DNA of 64,000 nucleotides from a virus, in IMG/VR virus record IMGVR_UViG_3300032050_009888, positions 1 to 64,000 of that record, one strand, 5' to 3'. A program made the translations under genes and the position numbers. The notes below the pieces were generated by a model. The model searched no databases and was not told the origin of the DNA. It worked only from the letters and a program-made list of their open reading frames with translations. Each line of letters begins with the position of its first letter. The stretch's first letter is position 1. This document shows positions 38,815-48,955 of this stretch, piece by piece.

Positions 38815-39671
38815 GCGATCAAGGAAGAAAACCAATACCAAAAACTCAAAGAGAAATTCTTCTTTCTCAACAAGAGCCTTATAATCCCCCAGCAGGATCT
38901 CCAGGATTTTCTTCAACAGGAAATCCTAATTTAGCAGTTAACCCTAATAGAGCTGAACAGATTTCTTTTAGAGGAGATACTACAAAGCCTTTTTCTATTG
39001 GTATTCAAGATATAGATGAAGCAGTTTTTTATTATTTTACAAATGTAATTAAACCATATGTGATTCAAAATGGTACAAGAATAGAAGTTCCTGTGATATA
39101 CGGTTCTCCTGAAAAGTGGGCTTCATTTCAAAAATTTGGATATTTTAGAGATTCTCAAGGTAGGGTAATGATGCCTATTATAATGTTTAAAAGAAACAAC
39201 ATTGAAAAAGTAAGAACAGTAGCAAATAAATTAGACGCTAATAATCCTCATAACATTTCTGTTCAAAGAAAAAAATACTCATCTAGAGATTCATATAGTA
39301 ACTTTAATATTTTAAATAATGTTACTCCTGAACCTATTAATTATGCTGTTGTAGTTCCTGATTATCTTACTTTAACTTATAGTTGTGCTGTTAATACTTA
39401 CTATATGGATCAATTAAATAAAATTGTTGAAGCAATTGAATACGCATCAGATTCATATTGGGGTGATCCTCAGCGTTTTCAGTTTAGAGCGATGATTGAT
39501 TCGTTTGCTATAAAAACCGAATTATCAGATAATGGTGAAAGAATTGTAAATAGTTCTTTTGATATAAAATTAAGAGGATATATTATTCCTGATGTGCCTC
39601 AAAAGGATTTAACTGCTTTGAAAAAACTACCAACAAAGACTTCTATTAAAATAAATGAACAACTTGAATAA
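38811..39671 (+). CDS. Tail terminator / sheath stabiliser (T4 gp15-like)
   Basis: VPVIYGSPEKW, VPDYLTLTY...QLNKIVE. Confidence 0.7.
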   Translation: MSDQGRKPIPKTQREILLSQQEPYNPPAGSPGFSSTGNPNLAVNPNRAEQISFRGDTTKPFSIGIQDIDEAVFYYFTNVIKPYVIQNGTRIEVPVIYGSPEKWASFQKFGYFRDSQGRVMMPIIMFKRNNIEKVRTVANKLDANNPHNISVQRKKYSSRDSYSNFNILNNVTPEPINYAVVVPDYLTLTYSCAVNTYYMDQLNKIVEAIEYASDSYWGDPQRFQFRAMIDSFAIKTELSDNGERIVNSSFDIKLRGYIIPDVPQKDLTALKKLPTKTSIKINEQLE

Positions 39672-39697
39672 TATATTTATAATAAAAAATTAAATTT

Positions 39698-39946
39698 ATG
39701 GAAACAAAAGTTTTAACACAAGAAGAAGTTCAAAATTTAAAAGATGTAAGAGAAAGAAGAATCCAAATCACAGAAAATTTTGGAGTTTTAGAGTCAAGAA
39801 TACAAGAATTTCAATTACAAAAAGAAATTCTTAAACAAGAATTAAAAAATCTAATTGAACAAGAAACTCAATTAGGTGGAGCTTTACAACAAAAATATGG
39901 TAATGGATCTATTGATCTAGAAAAAGGAGAATTCATTTCTAATTAA
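39698..39946 (+). CDS. Small coiled-coil protein
   Basis: KYGNGSIDLEKGEF C-terminus, with its own promoter motif. Confidence 0.65.
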   Translation: METKVLTQEEVQNLKDVRERRIQITENFGVLESRIQEFQLQKEILKQELKNLIEQETQLGGALQQKYGNGSIDLEKGEFISN

Positions 39947-40005
39947 TATTTTTGATAGGTTTCACCATATTTATAACAAAAATCAATTAAAATAACTAAA
40001 TAAAC

Positions 40006-42132
40006 ATGGCAGAAACTTTAATATCACCTGGTGTTTTAGCAAGAGAAAATGATTCATCTTTTGTAAGCAAAAGACCTGTTACTGTAGGAGCAGCGATAAT
40101 TGGACCAACAGTTAAAGGTCCTGTTGAAATTCCAACAGTAGTTACTACATATAGTGAATATGTTAATAAATTTGGTACTACTCTTCAAAGCGGAAGCGCC
40201 GCAAATTTAAAAACATATTCTTATTTTACCTCAATAGCAGCGTATAATTATTTCCAAAATGGTGGAACGTCATTATTAGTAGCAAGAGTAGTATCAGGCT
40301 CATACACTCCAGCGACTAGCTCAGCTGTTAATAATAATGTAGCAGCCGCTTCAGGTACCCCAGCAACTGCTACTGTTATTTTTAACGCTAGTGATACTGG
40401 ATCTTATCAAGGAATGGCTATAACAATAGGAAGTAATTCTTGGTATTTATCTGGATACCCAGCTAACTATTCTACATACTATAATAATACATTAGATTAT
40501 GCTTATTTTAATACTAGCTCAGGAGCAACTTGGGTAGATAGTTTAGTTATAGCTATTAATAACTGGGCTGGCGGAAATGAATTATCTCAATATGTTGTTG
40601 CTAGTTCACCAGGCGCTGGACAATTAACTTTAACAGGCAATGCTGGAGATACAAGTATAAATGGAGCTAGTATATATTTTACAGATTATGTAGGTGAACA
40701 ACTAACAAACCCAGGTAATTTTGTAATAACAGCTAGTGGCGCAACTGCTAATACTCCTTCTGAAGCATTTGTTTTAGAGACATTCTCTGAAGGTGTTATT
40801 ATGAATAATACTGGAGCAACAACCACAAATAATGTATTAGTAAGTGGATCAGTAGATAATGTTAGATGGCAGATTCTTAACTCAAATACCTCATCCGGTA
40901 CCTTTGATTTATTAATTAGAAGAGGTGATGATAATATTCTTCAACCTGTAGTATTAGAAACATGGACTAATTTAAGTTTAGATCCTAATACTTCTAATTA
41001 TGTTTCTAGAGTATTAGGTGATATGGTTGAAGCTTATGACTCAGTTAATAATCAAGTAACATTTACTGGTACTTTCCCTAATAGATCCAATTATGTAAGA
41101 GTTAAACAAGTTAATTATACTACACCTAATTATCTTAACTCTAACGGTACATTATCAAATGCCTCTTATACATCATCAATTCCTATTAACGCTAGCGGAA
41201 CATTTGGAGCAGCTTTAGGCACAGTAGCTGGTGGTGCTAATTTTTATAATGCTATTAATAGTACTAATACTCAAGGAGTACAAGGATCTGATTATAGTAA
41301 CATGATCAATTTGTTAGCTAATCAAGATGATTATAGATTTAACATATTATTAACTCCTGGTTTATATGATGGTGATTATACTCAACAAGTATCTAGCATC
41401 ATAAACAATACTCAAGATCGTGGTGATAATATTTATGTTCTTGATCTTGTAAAGTATGGCCAACAAATCACACAAGTTGTCCCAGCGGCTGCTAATCGTA
41501 ATACATCATATGCTGCTTCATATTGGCCTTGGGTACAAATTATTGAACCTTCAACAGGTGAATTAGTTTGGGTTCCTGCTTCAACAGTAATAGCTGGAGT
41601 ATATGCTTATAACGACTCAGTAGCAGAACCTTGGTTCGCACCAGCTGGTATTAACAGAGGTGGTTTATCTACAGTAGTAAGAGCTGAAAAGAAATTATCT
41701 CAAGCCAACCGCGATTCATTATACACTGGAAAAGTAAATCCAATAGCAACATTCCCTGGAACTGGAGTTGTAGTATATGGTCAGAAAACATTACAAACTA
41801 GAGCTTCAGCTCTTGATCGTGTAAATGTTCGTCGCTTGTTGATTGCTCTTAAATCATATATTTCTCAAATCGCTAATAACTTAGTGTTTGAACAAAACAC
41901 AGCTGCTACAAGAAATCAATTCTTAGCTCAAGTTAATCCATATTTAACTAGTGTTCAACAGCGTCAAGGTTTATACGCGTTTAAAGTAATTATGAATGAG
42001 ACTAACAATACACCTGATGTAATTGATAGAAATGAATTAATAGGTCAAATTTATCTTCAACCTACTAAGACTGCTGAATTCATTTACTTAGACTTCAACA
42101 TTACTCCAACTGGTGCTTCTTTCCCAGCGTAA
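40006..42132 (+). CDS. Tail sheath protein (gp18-like)
   Basis: SPGVLAREND, PWFAPAGINRG, GQKTLQ, DRVNVRRLL, PTKTAEFI. Confidence 0.95.
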   Translation: MAETLISPGVLARENDSSFVSKRPVTVGAAIIGPTVKGPVEIPTVVTTYSEYVNKFGTTLQSGSAANLKTYSYFTSIAAYNYFQNGGTSLLVARVVSGSYTPATSSAVNNNVAAASGTPATATVIFNASDTGSYQGMAITIGSNSWYLSGYPANYSTYYNNTLDYAYFNTSSGATWVDSLVIAINNWAGGNELSQYVVASSPGAGQLTLTGNAGDTSINGASIYFTDYVGEQLTNPGNFVITASGATANTPSEAFVLETFSEGVIMNNTGATTTNNVLVSGSVDNVRWQILNSNTSSGTFDLLIRRGDDNILQPVVLETWTNLSLDPNTSNYVSRVLGDMVEAYDSVNNQVTFTGTFPNRSNYVRVKQVNYTTPNYLNSNGTLSNASYTSSIPINASGTFGAALGTVAGGANFYNAINSTNTQGVQGSDYSNMINLLANQDDYRFNILLTPGLYDGDYTQQVSSIINNTQDRGDNIYVLDLVKYGQQITQVVPAAANRNTSYAASYWPWVQIIEPSTGELVWVPASTVIAGVYAYNDSVAEPWFAPAGINRGGLSTVVRAEKKLSQANRDSLYTGKVNPIATFPGTGVVVYGQKTLQTRASALDRVNVRRLLIALKSYISQIANNLVFEQNTAATRNQFLAQVNPYLTSVQQRQGLYAFKVIMNETNNTPDVIDRNELIGQIYLQPTKTAEFIYLDFNITPTGASFPA

Positions 42133-42178
42133 TTCTTTAAAACACAGATATTTATAACAAACAAAAATATAAACTACA

Positions 42179-42667
42179 ATGGCAGTATTAGATCCAAATG
42201 AAATATTTTTTACAGCGTTTGAACCAAAAGTAAAAAATCGCTTTATAATGTATGTTGATGGTATTCCTTCATATGTTATTAAGAAAATAGGAGCTGTGAG
42301 CGTGGAAATGGGCGAAATTAAATTAAACCATATTAACGTTTACCGTAAAATTAAAGGCAGAGCTCAATGGGCTGATTTAGAAATGACTTTATTTGACCCT
42401 ATTACTCCTTCTGGTGCTCAAGCGGTAATGGAATGGGTACGTTTACATCATGAATCAGTTACAGGACGTGATGGTTACTCTGATTTCTATAAAAAAGATG
42501 TAACAATTAATATATTAGGTCCTGTAGGTGATATTGTATCTGAATGGATTATTAAAGGAGCATTTATTAAAACAGCTAATTTTGGTGATTATAGCTATGA
42601 TGAAGATGCTGCAGCTCAAGAAATAACTGTTACATTAGGAATGGATTATTGTATATTGAATTTCTAG
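42179..42667 (+). CDS. Tail tube protein (gp19-like)
   Basis: EPKVKNRF, YKKDVTI..LGPVG..V.EW...GAF, follows the sheath gene. Confidence 0.9.
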   Translation: MAVLDPNEIFFTAFEPKVKNRFIMYVDGIPSYVIKKIGAVSVEMGEIKLNHINVYRKIKGRAQWADLEMTLFDPITPSGAQAVMEWVRLHHESVTGRDGYSDFYKKDVTINILGPVGDIVSEWIIKGAFIKTANFGDYSYDEDAAAQEITVTLGMDYCILNF

Positions 42668-42688
42668 TTAGTAAAAATAAAAGTGAAG

Positions 42689-42720
42689 AAGCTCACCGAT
42701 TTTGGTGAGCTTTTTTATTT
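42689..42720 (+). terminator. Rho-independent terminator after the tail tube gene
   Basis: AAGCTCACC / GGTGAGCTT stem followed by a T-run. Confidence 0.9.
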
Positions 42721-42768
42721 CGGACATATTTATATCCGAATATAATAAGTTACATTTAAATAAAAGCT

Positions 42769-43494
42769 ATGGACGCAATTAAAAATTTTCCAACAGAAGT
42801 TATTGAATTACCTTCAAAAGGTCTAGTATACTCAGAATCAAATCCTTTATCAAGCGGCAAAGTTGAAATGAAATATATGACCGCTAAAGAAGAAGATATT
42901 CTTACAAATCAATCATATATTCAAAAAGGTATTGTATTAGATAAATTATTACAAGCTTTAATTGTGTCTAAAATTGATTATAATGATTTAATTATAGGAG
43001 ATAAAAATGCTATTATGGTGGCAGCTCGTGTATTAGGTTATGGTAAAGATTATAGTTTTGAATATAATGGCTCAGACTACACAGTCGATTTATCTAAAAT
43101 AGATAATAAACCTTTTGAAATTCAAAATAAAGGAGTTAATGAATTTAATTATACTTTACCATCAACAAATACAAACATCACTTATAAAATCTTAACTCAT
43201 GGTGATGAACAAAAGATACAAGCCGAAATTGATGGTCTTAAAAAAATAAATAAAAACGCTTCCCCAGATCTTTCAACACGATTAAAATATATGATCACAT
43301 CAGTTGGGGGAGATCGAGATCCTAAAACAATACGAGAGTTTGTAGATAATTATCTATTAGCTCGAGATTCAAGAGAATTAAGAAAACATATTAGAGATAC
43401 TCAACCCGATGTAGATCTAACTTTTTTTCCCGATGGGAGTGAAAACCGAATCGACATTCCTGTCGGAGTTAAGTTTTTTTGGCCTGACTTCTGA
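42769..43494 (+). CDS. Tail assembly chaperone / baseplate hub subunit (T4 gp26-like)
   Basis: IELPSKG, MTAKEEDIL, DL..GD, ends FFWPDF. Lies between tube and tape measure. Confidence 0.75.
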   Translation: MDAIKNFPTEVIELPSKGLVYSESNPLSSGKVEMKYMTAKEEDILTNQSYIQKGIVLDKLLQALIVSKIDYNDLIIGDKNAIMVAARVLGYGKDYSFEYNGSDYTVDLSKIDNKPFEIQNKGVNEFNYTLPSTNTNITYKILTHGDEQKIQAEIDGLKKINKNASPDLSTRLKYMITSVGGDRDPKTIREFVDNYLLARDSRELRKHIRDTQPDVDLTFFPDGSENRIDIPVGVKFFWPDF

Positions 43495-43795
43495 GACCGC
43501 GCCTCTATATAGAGTCAATCTATTCACCCTAATCCATGAAATAGTATTCCATGGAAAGGGTGGGTATGATTGGGAAACCATTTACAACATGCCTAGGTGG
43601 TTACGCCAGTTTACTTATAATAAAATAAACGATTACTATAAAAGAGAAGCAGAAGAATATGAAAATGCTAAAAGTAAAGGTGACAATAAATCAACACTAG
43701 TTGATCCATCAGGTAAAATAAATAAAGAAGCATTTAGAGAAGCTTCACCTAAATCTACATCTGGACCTCAATCATCTAAAGTAAAATATAAATAA
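43433..43795 (+). CDS. Second chaperone ORF (gp51-like), probably reached by frameshift
   Basis: YDWETIYNMPRWLR motif. Overlaps the upstream ORF in the +1 frame across a T7 run. Confidence 0.65.
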   Translation: MGVKTESTFLSELSFFGLTSETAPLYRVNLFTLIHEIVFHGKGGYDWETIYNMPRWLRQFTYNKINDYYKREAEEYENAKSKGDNKSTLVDPSGKINKEAFREASPKSTSGPQSSKVKYK

Positions 43796-43837
43796 AAATT
43801 ATATTTTTCAATATTTATAACATATATACTTTAGTAA

Positions 43838-46177
43838 ATGGCCCCAGATCCAAATGAAATAAATAGAAAAATCCAGGAAGAAATAAATAAACTTACTGGA
43901 CAGACTAAAAGAAATTGGCAAGATATATATGATACCTTAAGGAATTCAGGAGCTAGTCTTGATCAAATGCAAGATTTACTTGAAAGTGTAGAGGATTTAG
44001 TTGATAAAATAAGAGGAAGTTTAGATTATACTGCTAGTGCTTTTAGAAATATTGTTAAAGAAATACAAATAGGTAATAAAGCTTTACAATTCCAAGAAAC
44101 TCTTATATCTAGAGCTAATACTGTAGCTAGACAAACTTTAGAAATAAGAAAAGGCGACACTTTTGCTAGCGCCTCTAAAATACAAAGCCTTCAACGAGAA
44201 TCCCAATTAAATTTAGATCAATTAAAGTCTCTTAGAGACTCAGGAAAATTACAAGGAGATCAATTAACTCTTATTGATGAACAAATAAGTGGATTAGAAA
44301 CTGTAATTAAAGAACTTGAAGATATTGATGATAATAATAAAAAAATAAATAAAGGATTTATAGGAACTGTCCCTGCTTTAGCTAAAATGTTTTCTAATGT
44401 AGGGATAGTAGGTAATTCTTTAACAGAAGCATATCAAACAACAGTACAATTAGGTCAAGGAGCTTTAGCAGCTGGGGTTGAATTTAATACTATGGGTACT
44501 TTTACCCAAGCGTTTGGATCACAGCTTAAAGAAGCTTTAGGTCCTATGGCTTTACTAATTATGCTTGTTGAACAACTTAAAGATGCATTTTTAGTAGCTG
44601 ATACATCTACTGGTGATTTAGCTAAAGATTTTAATATAACATATGATGCTGCTGCTGGTGTAAGACAAGAACTTATAGAAATAGGTAATTTATCTGGTGA
44701 CGCAGCTTTAACTTCTAAAAAATTACAAGAATCAACTGTAGCAATAGGTAAAGCTTTAGGTTCTAATGCTATTTTAAATGAAAAAGATTTAGTCTTTATG
44801 ACTAAAATGCGAGAGCAAGCTGGTTTCACCAATGATGAGTTGGTAGAAATGCAAAAATATACTTTAGCAACCGGAGGTAATTTAGAAGAAAACACTAAAA
44901 ATTTAATGTTTGCTGCCAAAACAACAGCATTAAATAATGGTGTTTTACTAAATGAAAAAGACATAATGCGAGATATAGCTAAAACCTCTGACGCTGTTAA
45001 ATTATCAATAGCAGGAGGAGCAACAGCATTAGGTAGAGCTGCAGCACAGGCTAAAGTTTTTGGAATGAATCTAGACCAATTAAATAATATAGCAGGCGGT
45101 TTGATGGATTTTGAATCATCAATTAGTGCTGAATTAGAAGCACAACTTTTAACAGGTAAAGATATCAATTTAGAGCAAGCTCGCTTATATGCTTTAAATA
45201 ATGATATGGAGGGATTATCCAAAGAAATAGCTAAAAACTATGGCAGTGTAGAACAATTCAGTAAAATGAATAGACTACAGCAAGAAGCAACAGCTAAAGC
45301 TGTAGGTATGTCTCGTGAAGAGTTAGCTAAAACCTTAACTGATGCTGAAGCGTTAAAAGGAATATCAGGTGACCAAGCTAAAAATGCTCAAGCTGCTTTA
45401 AATGCTGCTAGAGCTAGAGGAATGTCTGAAGAAGAAATAGCTCAAACTGGGGTTGATAATCTAATGAAACAACAAGATCTTCAACAACGATTTAATCAAT
45501 CTGTTGAAAAATTAAAAGAAATATTTGTTTCTATAGCTGAACCTATTTTAAAAATAGTCTCACCTCTAGCGGATTTAGTATCAACAGTTCTCCCAGCTAT
45601 TAATTTACTTTTATCTCCATTAGTTGAAGGGTTTAATTTAATATCACAAGCTGTTGGTGCTTTTGTTGGGGGTTTAAAAGAAGGTAATCCTTTAGCTTTA
45701 ACTTTAGCAGGAACAATGGCTTTAATAGCTTCCCGATCTATTATAGCTGCTATAAGTGGAATATGGCTTGCTCTTTCTAAAATACCTCTTGGTGTAGGAT
45801 TAGCTTTAGCTGGTACAGCAACAGCTGGATTTATTAGTATGTTGGCTAAAGGTAAAACCGCTATGCCTGTTGGAGATATGTATAGTCCTCCTGATGGAAA
45901 AACACAAGTTTCAACTAAAGAAGGAGGATTATTTGAATTAAGTAAAAATGATACTTTAATAGCAGGACCTATTAGAGATAGATCAAATAATCAACAAGGA
46001 AGAGGTAATGAAGTTGGAGAAAATCTCGCGGTGAGAGAATTACAAGAAATAAAAAGTATATTAAAAAGAACATATGATTTAGAAAAATCTTCAAAATCAA
46101 CAATAAGCGGAACTGATGAATTATCAACGGATAAACGTGGAACAAAAGCAAATGTTAATACTTACAAACTTCAATAA
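43838..46177 (+). CDS. Tape measure protein
   Basis: Long Ala/Leu/Gln-rich helical protein with hydrophobic C-terminal segments, after the chaperones. Confidence 0.8.
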   Translation: MAPDPNEINRKIQEEINKLTGQTKRNWQDIYDTLRNSGASLDQMQDLLESVEDLVDKIRGSLDYTASAFRNIVKEIQIGNKALQFQETLISRANTVARQTLEIRKGDTFASASKIQSLQRESQLNLDQLKSLRDSGKLQGDQLTLIDEQISGLETVIKELEDIDDNNKKINKGFIGTVPALAKMFSNVGIVGNSLTEAYQTTVQLGQGALAAGVEFNTMGTFTQAFGSQLKEALGPMALLIMLVEQLKDAFLVADTSTGDLAKDFNITYDAAAGVRQELIEIGNLSGDAALTSKKLQESTVAIGKALGSNAILNEKDLVFMTKMREQAGFTNDELVEMQKYTLATGGNLEENTKNLMFAAKTTALNNGVLLNEKDIMRDIAKTSDAVKLSIAGGATALGRAAAQAKVFGMNLDQLNNIAGGLMDFESSISAELEAQLLTGKDINLEQARLYALNNDMEGLSKEIAKNYGSVEQFSKMNRLQQEATAKAVGMSREELAKTLTDAEALKGISGDQAKNAQAALNAARARGMSEEEIAQTGVDNLMKQQDLQQRFNQSVEKLKEIFVSIAEPILKIVSPLADLVSTVLPAINLLLSPLVEGFNLISQAVGAFVGGLKEGNPLALTLAGTMALIASRSIIAAISGIWLALSKIPLGVGLALAGTATAGFISMLAKGKTAMPVGDMYSPPDGKTQVSTKEGGLFELSKNDTLIAGPIRDRSNNQQGRGNEVGENLAVRELQEIKSILKRTYDLEKSSKSTISGTDELSTDKRGTKANVNTYKLQ

Positions 46178-46213
46178 ATAATCATATTTATAATAAATTA
46201 AACCCTAATAAAC

Positions 46214-46501
46214 ATGCCAGGACTTCGCGATAAATTAGCAACTGATGGTTCCGTATTATCATACGGAAATGGTCAAACTCCAAACACAAATCCAGGAGCA
46301 ACCCAACAATCTAAACTTCATGCTGATGGTAATCAAGCAGGATACTCATTAAATGGATCAGATTTTACTGATGTAAATGGTGCTTTTCAAGCCTATAATG
46401 ATGGAACAAATAATGTTCTTCCTATGCCATCACAATTAGATTTAGATGGTCAAAAACCATCATCATACTCAGATAATGGACCTCTTGAAGGCCGTTACTA
46501 A
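46214..46501 (+). CDS. Hypothetical tail protein
   Basis: ORF after ATATTTATA (46184-46192). Confidence 0.65.
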   Translation: MPGLRDKLATDGSVLSYGNGQTPNTNPGATQQSKLHADGNQAGYSLNGSDFTDVNGAFQAYNDGTNNVLPMPSQLDLDGQKPSSYSDNGPLEGRY

Positions 46502-46511
46502 AATTTAAAAT

Positions 46512-48590
46512 ATGGCTTTACTAGATCTTAAAACAGATTTAAAAGATTTAAAATTTGGTAATGATGAACGCGGTGGAGGAAATAGTGGGCAACCTTACGT
46601 CGCTACTAGAATCCCAGCTACTAACGAAGCTCTCCAAACTGGATTTTCTGGAGCAACTCTCCCTCTTTTAGGAGCGGGAGCTGGAGCAGCTGTAGGTGCT
46701 ATTGGTGGATCTATTTTAGGAGCATCAGGTACAGGAGCTATAATAGGAGCAGCGGCTGGATTAGGAGCAGGTTTAATAGCTGGAAACCAACAAGGTGATT
46801 CATTTAGAATACCTACAGCTGGTACTGGTGGTCCTGATTTTTTAGTTCGAGGAGGTACTTTATTACCTAATATTATAGTAAATGATGAAATTCGTTTAGC
46901 TAAATTTTTTGCTAGTACTGAGGGACTTTTATTTACAGTTAAACAAAATCTTTTATCAAGATTAGCAGTTAAGACTCAAGTTAGTCCAAAATTATTAAAT
47001 GGAGATGTTTATACTCCTCTTAGCTCTTTAATTGAGGCAGCTGGTATTCCGTTTGGAATTCATGTTAATAAACAAGGTTTAAACCCATTTGAAGAAACAG
47101 GAGCATATTCTACTAATCAAAGTTTATATGGAGTTAAGATTAATTCAACACAACCCCAAAAAGAAAACAGATTAGTAGAATTATATGGAGCAAAATTCTT
47201 ATACGCCAACTCAAATAATGCAATCCCAGAAGTATTCTTACAAAATAATATTTCTCCTGATCCTCTTAATATTCTTTCCTACTCAGGAGGGCCAGATTCT
47301 CCTTTAGGTATAGGTAAAACTCAAATAAGAGCAGCTAATAATTTAGTTTTTAAATTAAACGCAGATAAACAACTTCAAAGACCAAATATTAATTATTTAA
47401 CATTTGATTATTGGGATTTAAATACAGAATTAGGTAATACTGATGATGCCGCGACTGTATTTAGTGTTATTCAACAATCAACCCGCTCTGGTCCAAATGC
47501 AAGTTTAGGAGCTGTATCAAACGCACTTCCTGCAGAACTTCCTACTGTTAACGTATTTGCAGCTGGAGCAGAAGGAGAGTTAAATAATCCTAGAAATGTT
47601 AAATCATATATTCCTTCTAGTAAACAAATAGATTTTAGAAAACCTTTATTAAGAAAGATTATCGACAACAAGGCAACCAATACACTTATATCTAAAGCTC
47701 CTTTATACAACCCAGGTTATGGGGCTACTATAGAACAAAGAACAAATCTAGGTGACCCAGGAAATGCTACAGATAAAGATGTAACTAGTTATACTAATGG
47801 AACATATTCAGGAGCTGCTTCTAAAAATTCTTTTGATAAAATAAATGCTTTACCAATATATAAAAAAGACAAACCAGCAGAAATAGGAAATGATTTAATT
47901 AATTTTAGAATAGGAGTTATAGATATAGATAAACCTGGTGGAGATAAAACATATATTCATTTTAGAGCTTTTTTAGATCAAATATCAGATAGTTACACAT
48001 CTGATTGGAATTCTATAAAATATTTAGGAAGAGGAGAAAATTTTTATAATTATCAGGGTTTTGATAGAAAAGTTTCATTATCTTGGACAGTAGCAGCTCA
48101 ATCAAAAGTTGAGTTAATACCTATGTATAAAAAATTAAATTATTTAGCTTCTCTTTGCACCCCAGATTATAGTGCTTTTGGATATATGAGAGGAAATATA
48201 GTCACATTAACTATCGGAGGATATTTTTATGAACAACCAGGAATAATAACTGGGTTAAGTTATGAAATGAATGACGAAAATTCTTCTTGGGAGATAGCTA
48301 TAAATGATGAAGGAAATCCTGACCCTAGTGTTAAACAATTACCTCATTTAATTAAAGTTAGAGGATTTGAATTTATTCCAATTCATCCATTTATCCCAAG
48401 AAAACAAGTAAATACACTTAACTTTGACCCAACCCAACCTAACATTTTAGAATCAGGAAATAATAAAAACATATACGGAGATCAAAGATATATAGCTTTA
48501 GTAGATGGTACAAAGGTTTCAAATTATGGAGATGCAAATTCTAACCCTACTCCACCACCCACTCCTTTAAATACTCCTCGTTATGCATAA
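46512..48590 (+). CDS. Baseplate / tube-initiator protein
   Basis: C-terminal FRAFL..ISDSY...W....Y.GR.E.FY.Y.GF.R.VSLSW tube-like domain. Confidence 0.6.
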   Translation: MALLDLKTDLKDLKFGNDERGGGNSGQPYVATRIPATNEALQTGFSGATLPLLGAGAGAAVGAIGGSILGASGTGAIIGAAAGLGAGLIAGNQQGDSFRIPTAGTGGPDFLVRGGTLLPNIIVNDEIRLAKFFASTEGLLFTVKQNLLSRLAVKTQVSPKLLNGDVYTPLSSLIEAAGIPFGIHVNKQGLNPFEETGAYSTNQSLYGVKINSTQPQKENRLVELYGAKFLYANSNNAIPEVFLQNNISPDPLNILSYSGGPDSPLGIGKTQIRAANNLVFKLNADKQLQRPNINYLTFDYWDLNTELGNTDDAATVFSVIQQSTRSGPNASLGAVSNALPAELPTVNVFAAGAEGELNNPRNVKSYIPSSKQIDFRKPLLRKIIDNKATNTLISKAPLYNPGYGATIEQRTNLGDPGNATDKDVTSYTNGTYSGAASKNSFDKINALPIYKKDKPAEIGNDLINFRIGVIDIDKPGGDKTYIHFRAFLDQISDSYTSDWNSIKYLGRGENFYNYQGFDRKVSLSWTVAAQSKVELIPMYKKLNYLASLCTPDYSAFGYMRGNIVTLTIGGYFYEQPGIITGLSYEMNDENSSWEIAINDEGNPDPSVKQLPHLIKVRGFEFIPIHPFIPRKQVNTLNFDPTQPNILESGNNKNIYGDQRYIALVDGTKVSNYGDANSNPTPPPTPLNTPRYA

Positions 48591-48605
48591 TACTAAAATA
48601 TAATC

Positions 48606-48953
48606 ATGAATCGTTATTTAGGTATACCAATTATAAATGTTGATAACAAAAAATGTTATCAAACCTCTCGTTATCCTGAGATCCCATTGTCAGATCAAGA
48701 TATATATGTTTATACAACTCAAGGGGATAGATTTGATACATTAGCTAATCAATATTATGGAGACCAATCTTATTGGTGGATAATATCTATAGCTAACACT
48801 GCTATAGCTGGAACTGATTTACCAACAGACCTACCTCAAGATTCTTTACTTATACCTGAAGGATCACAAATACGAATCCCAGCACCCGGAAATTTTGGAA
48901 CATCATTTCCTGTTAGTGCAATTAATAGTTATGAAAATTTTAATAAAACATAA
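48606..48953 (+). CDS. LysM-like baseplate protein
   Basis: QGDRFDTLANQYYGDQSYWWIISIAN...G.QIRIP. Confidence 0.8.
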   Translation: MNRYLGIPIINVDNKKCYQTSRYPEIPLSDQDIYVYTTQGDRFDTLANQYYGDQSYWWIISIANTAIAGTDLPTDLPQDSLLIPEGSQIRIPAPGNFGTSFPVSAINSYENFNKT

Positions 48954-48955
48954 AA

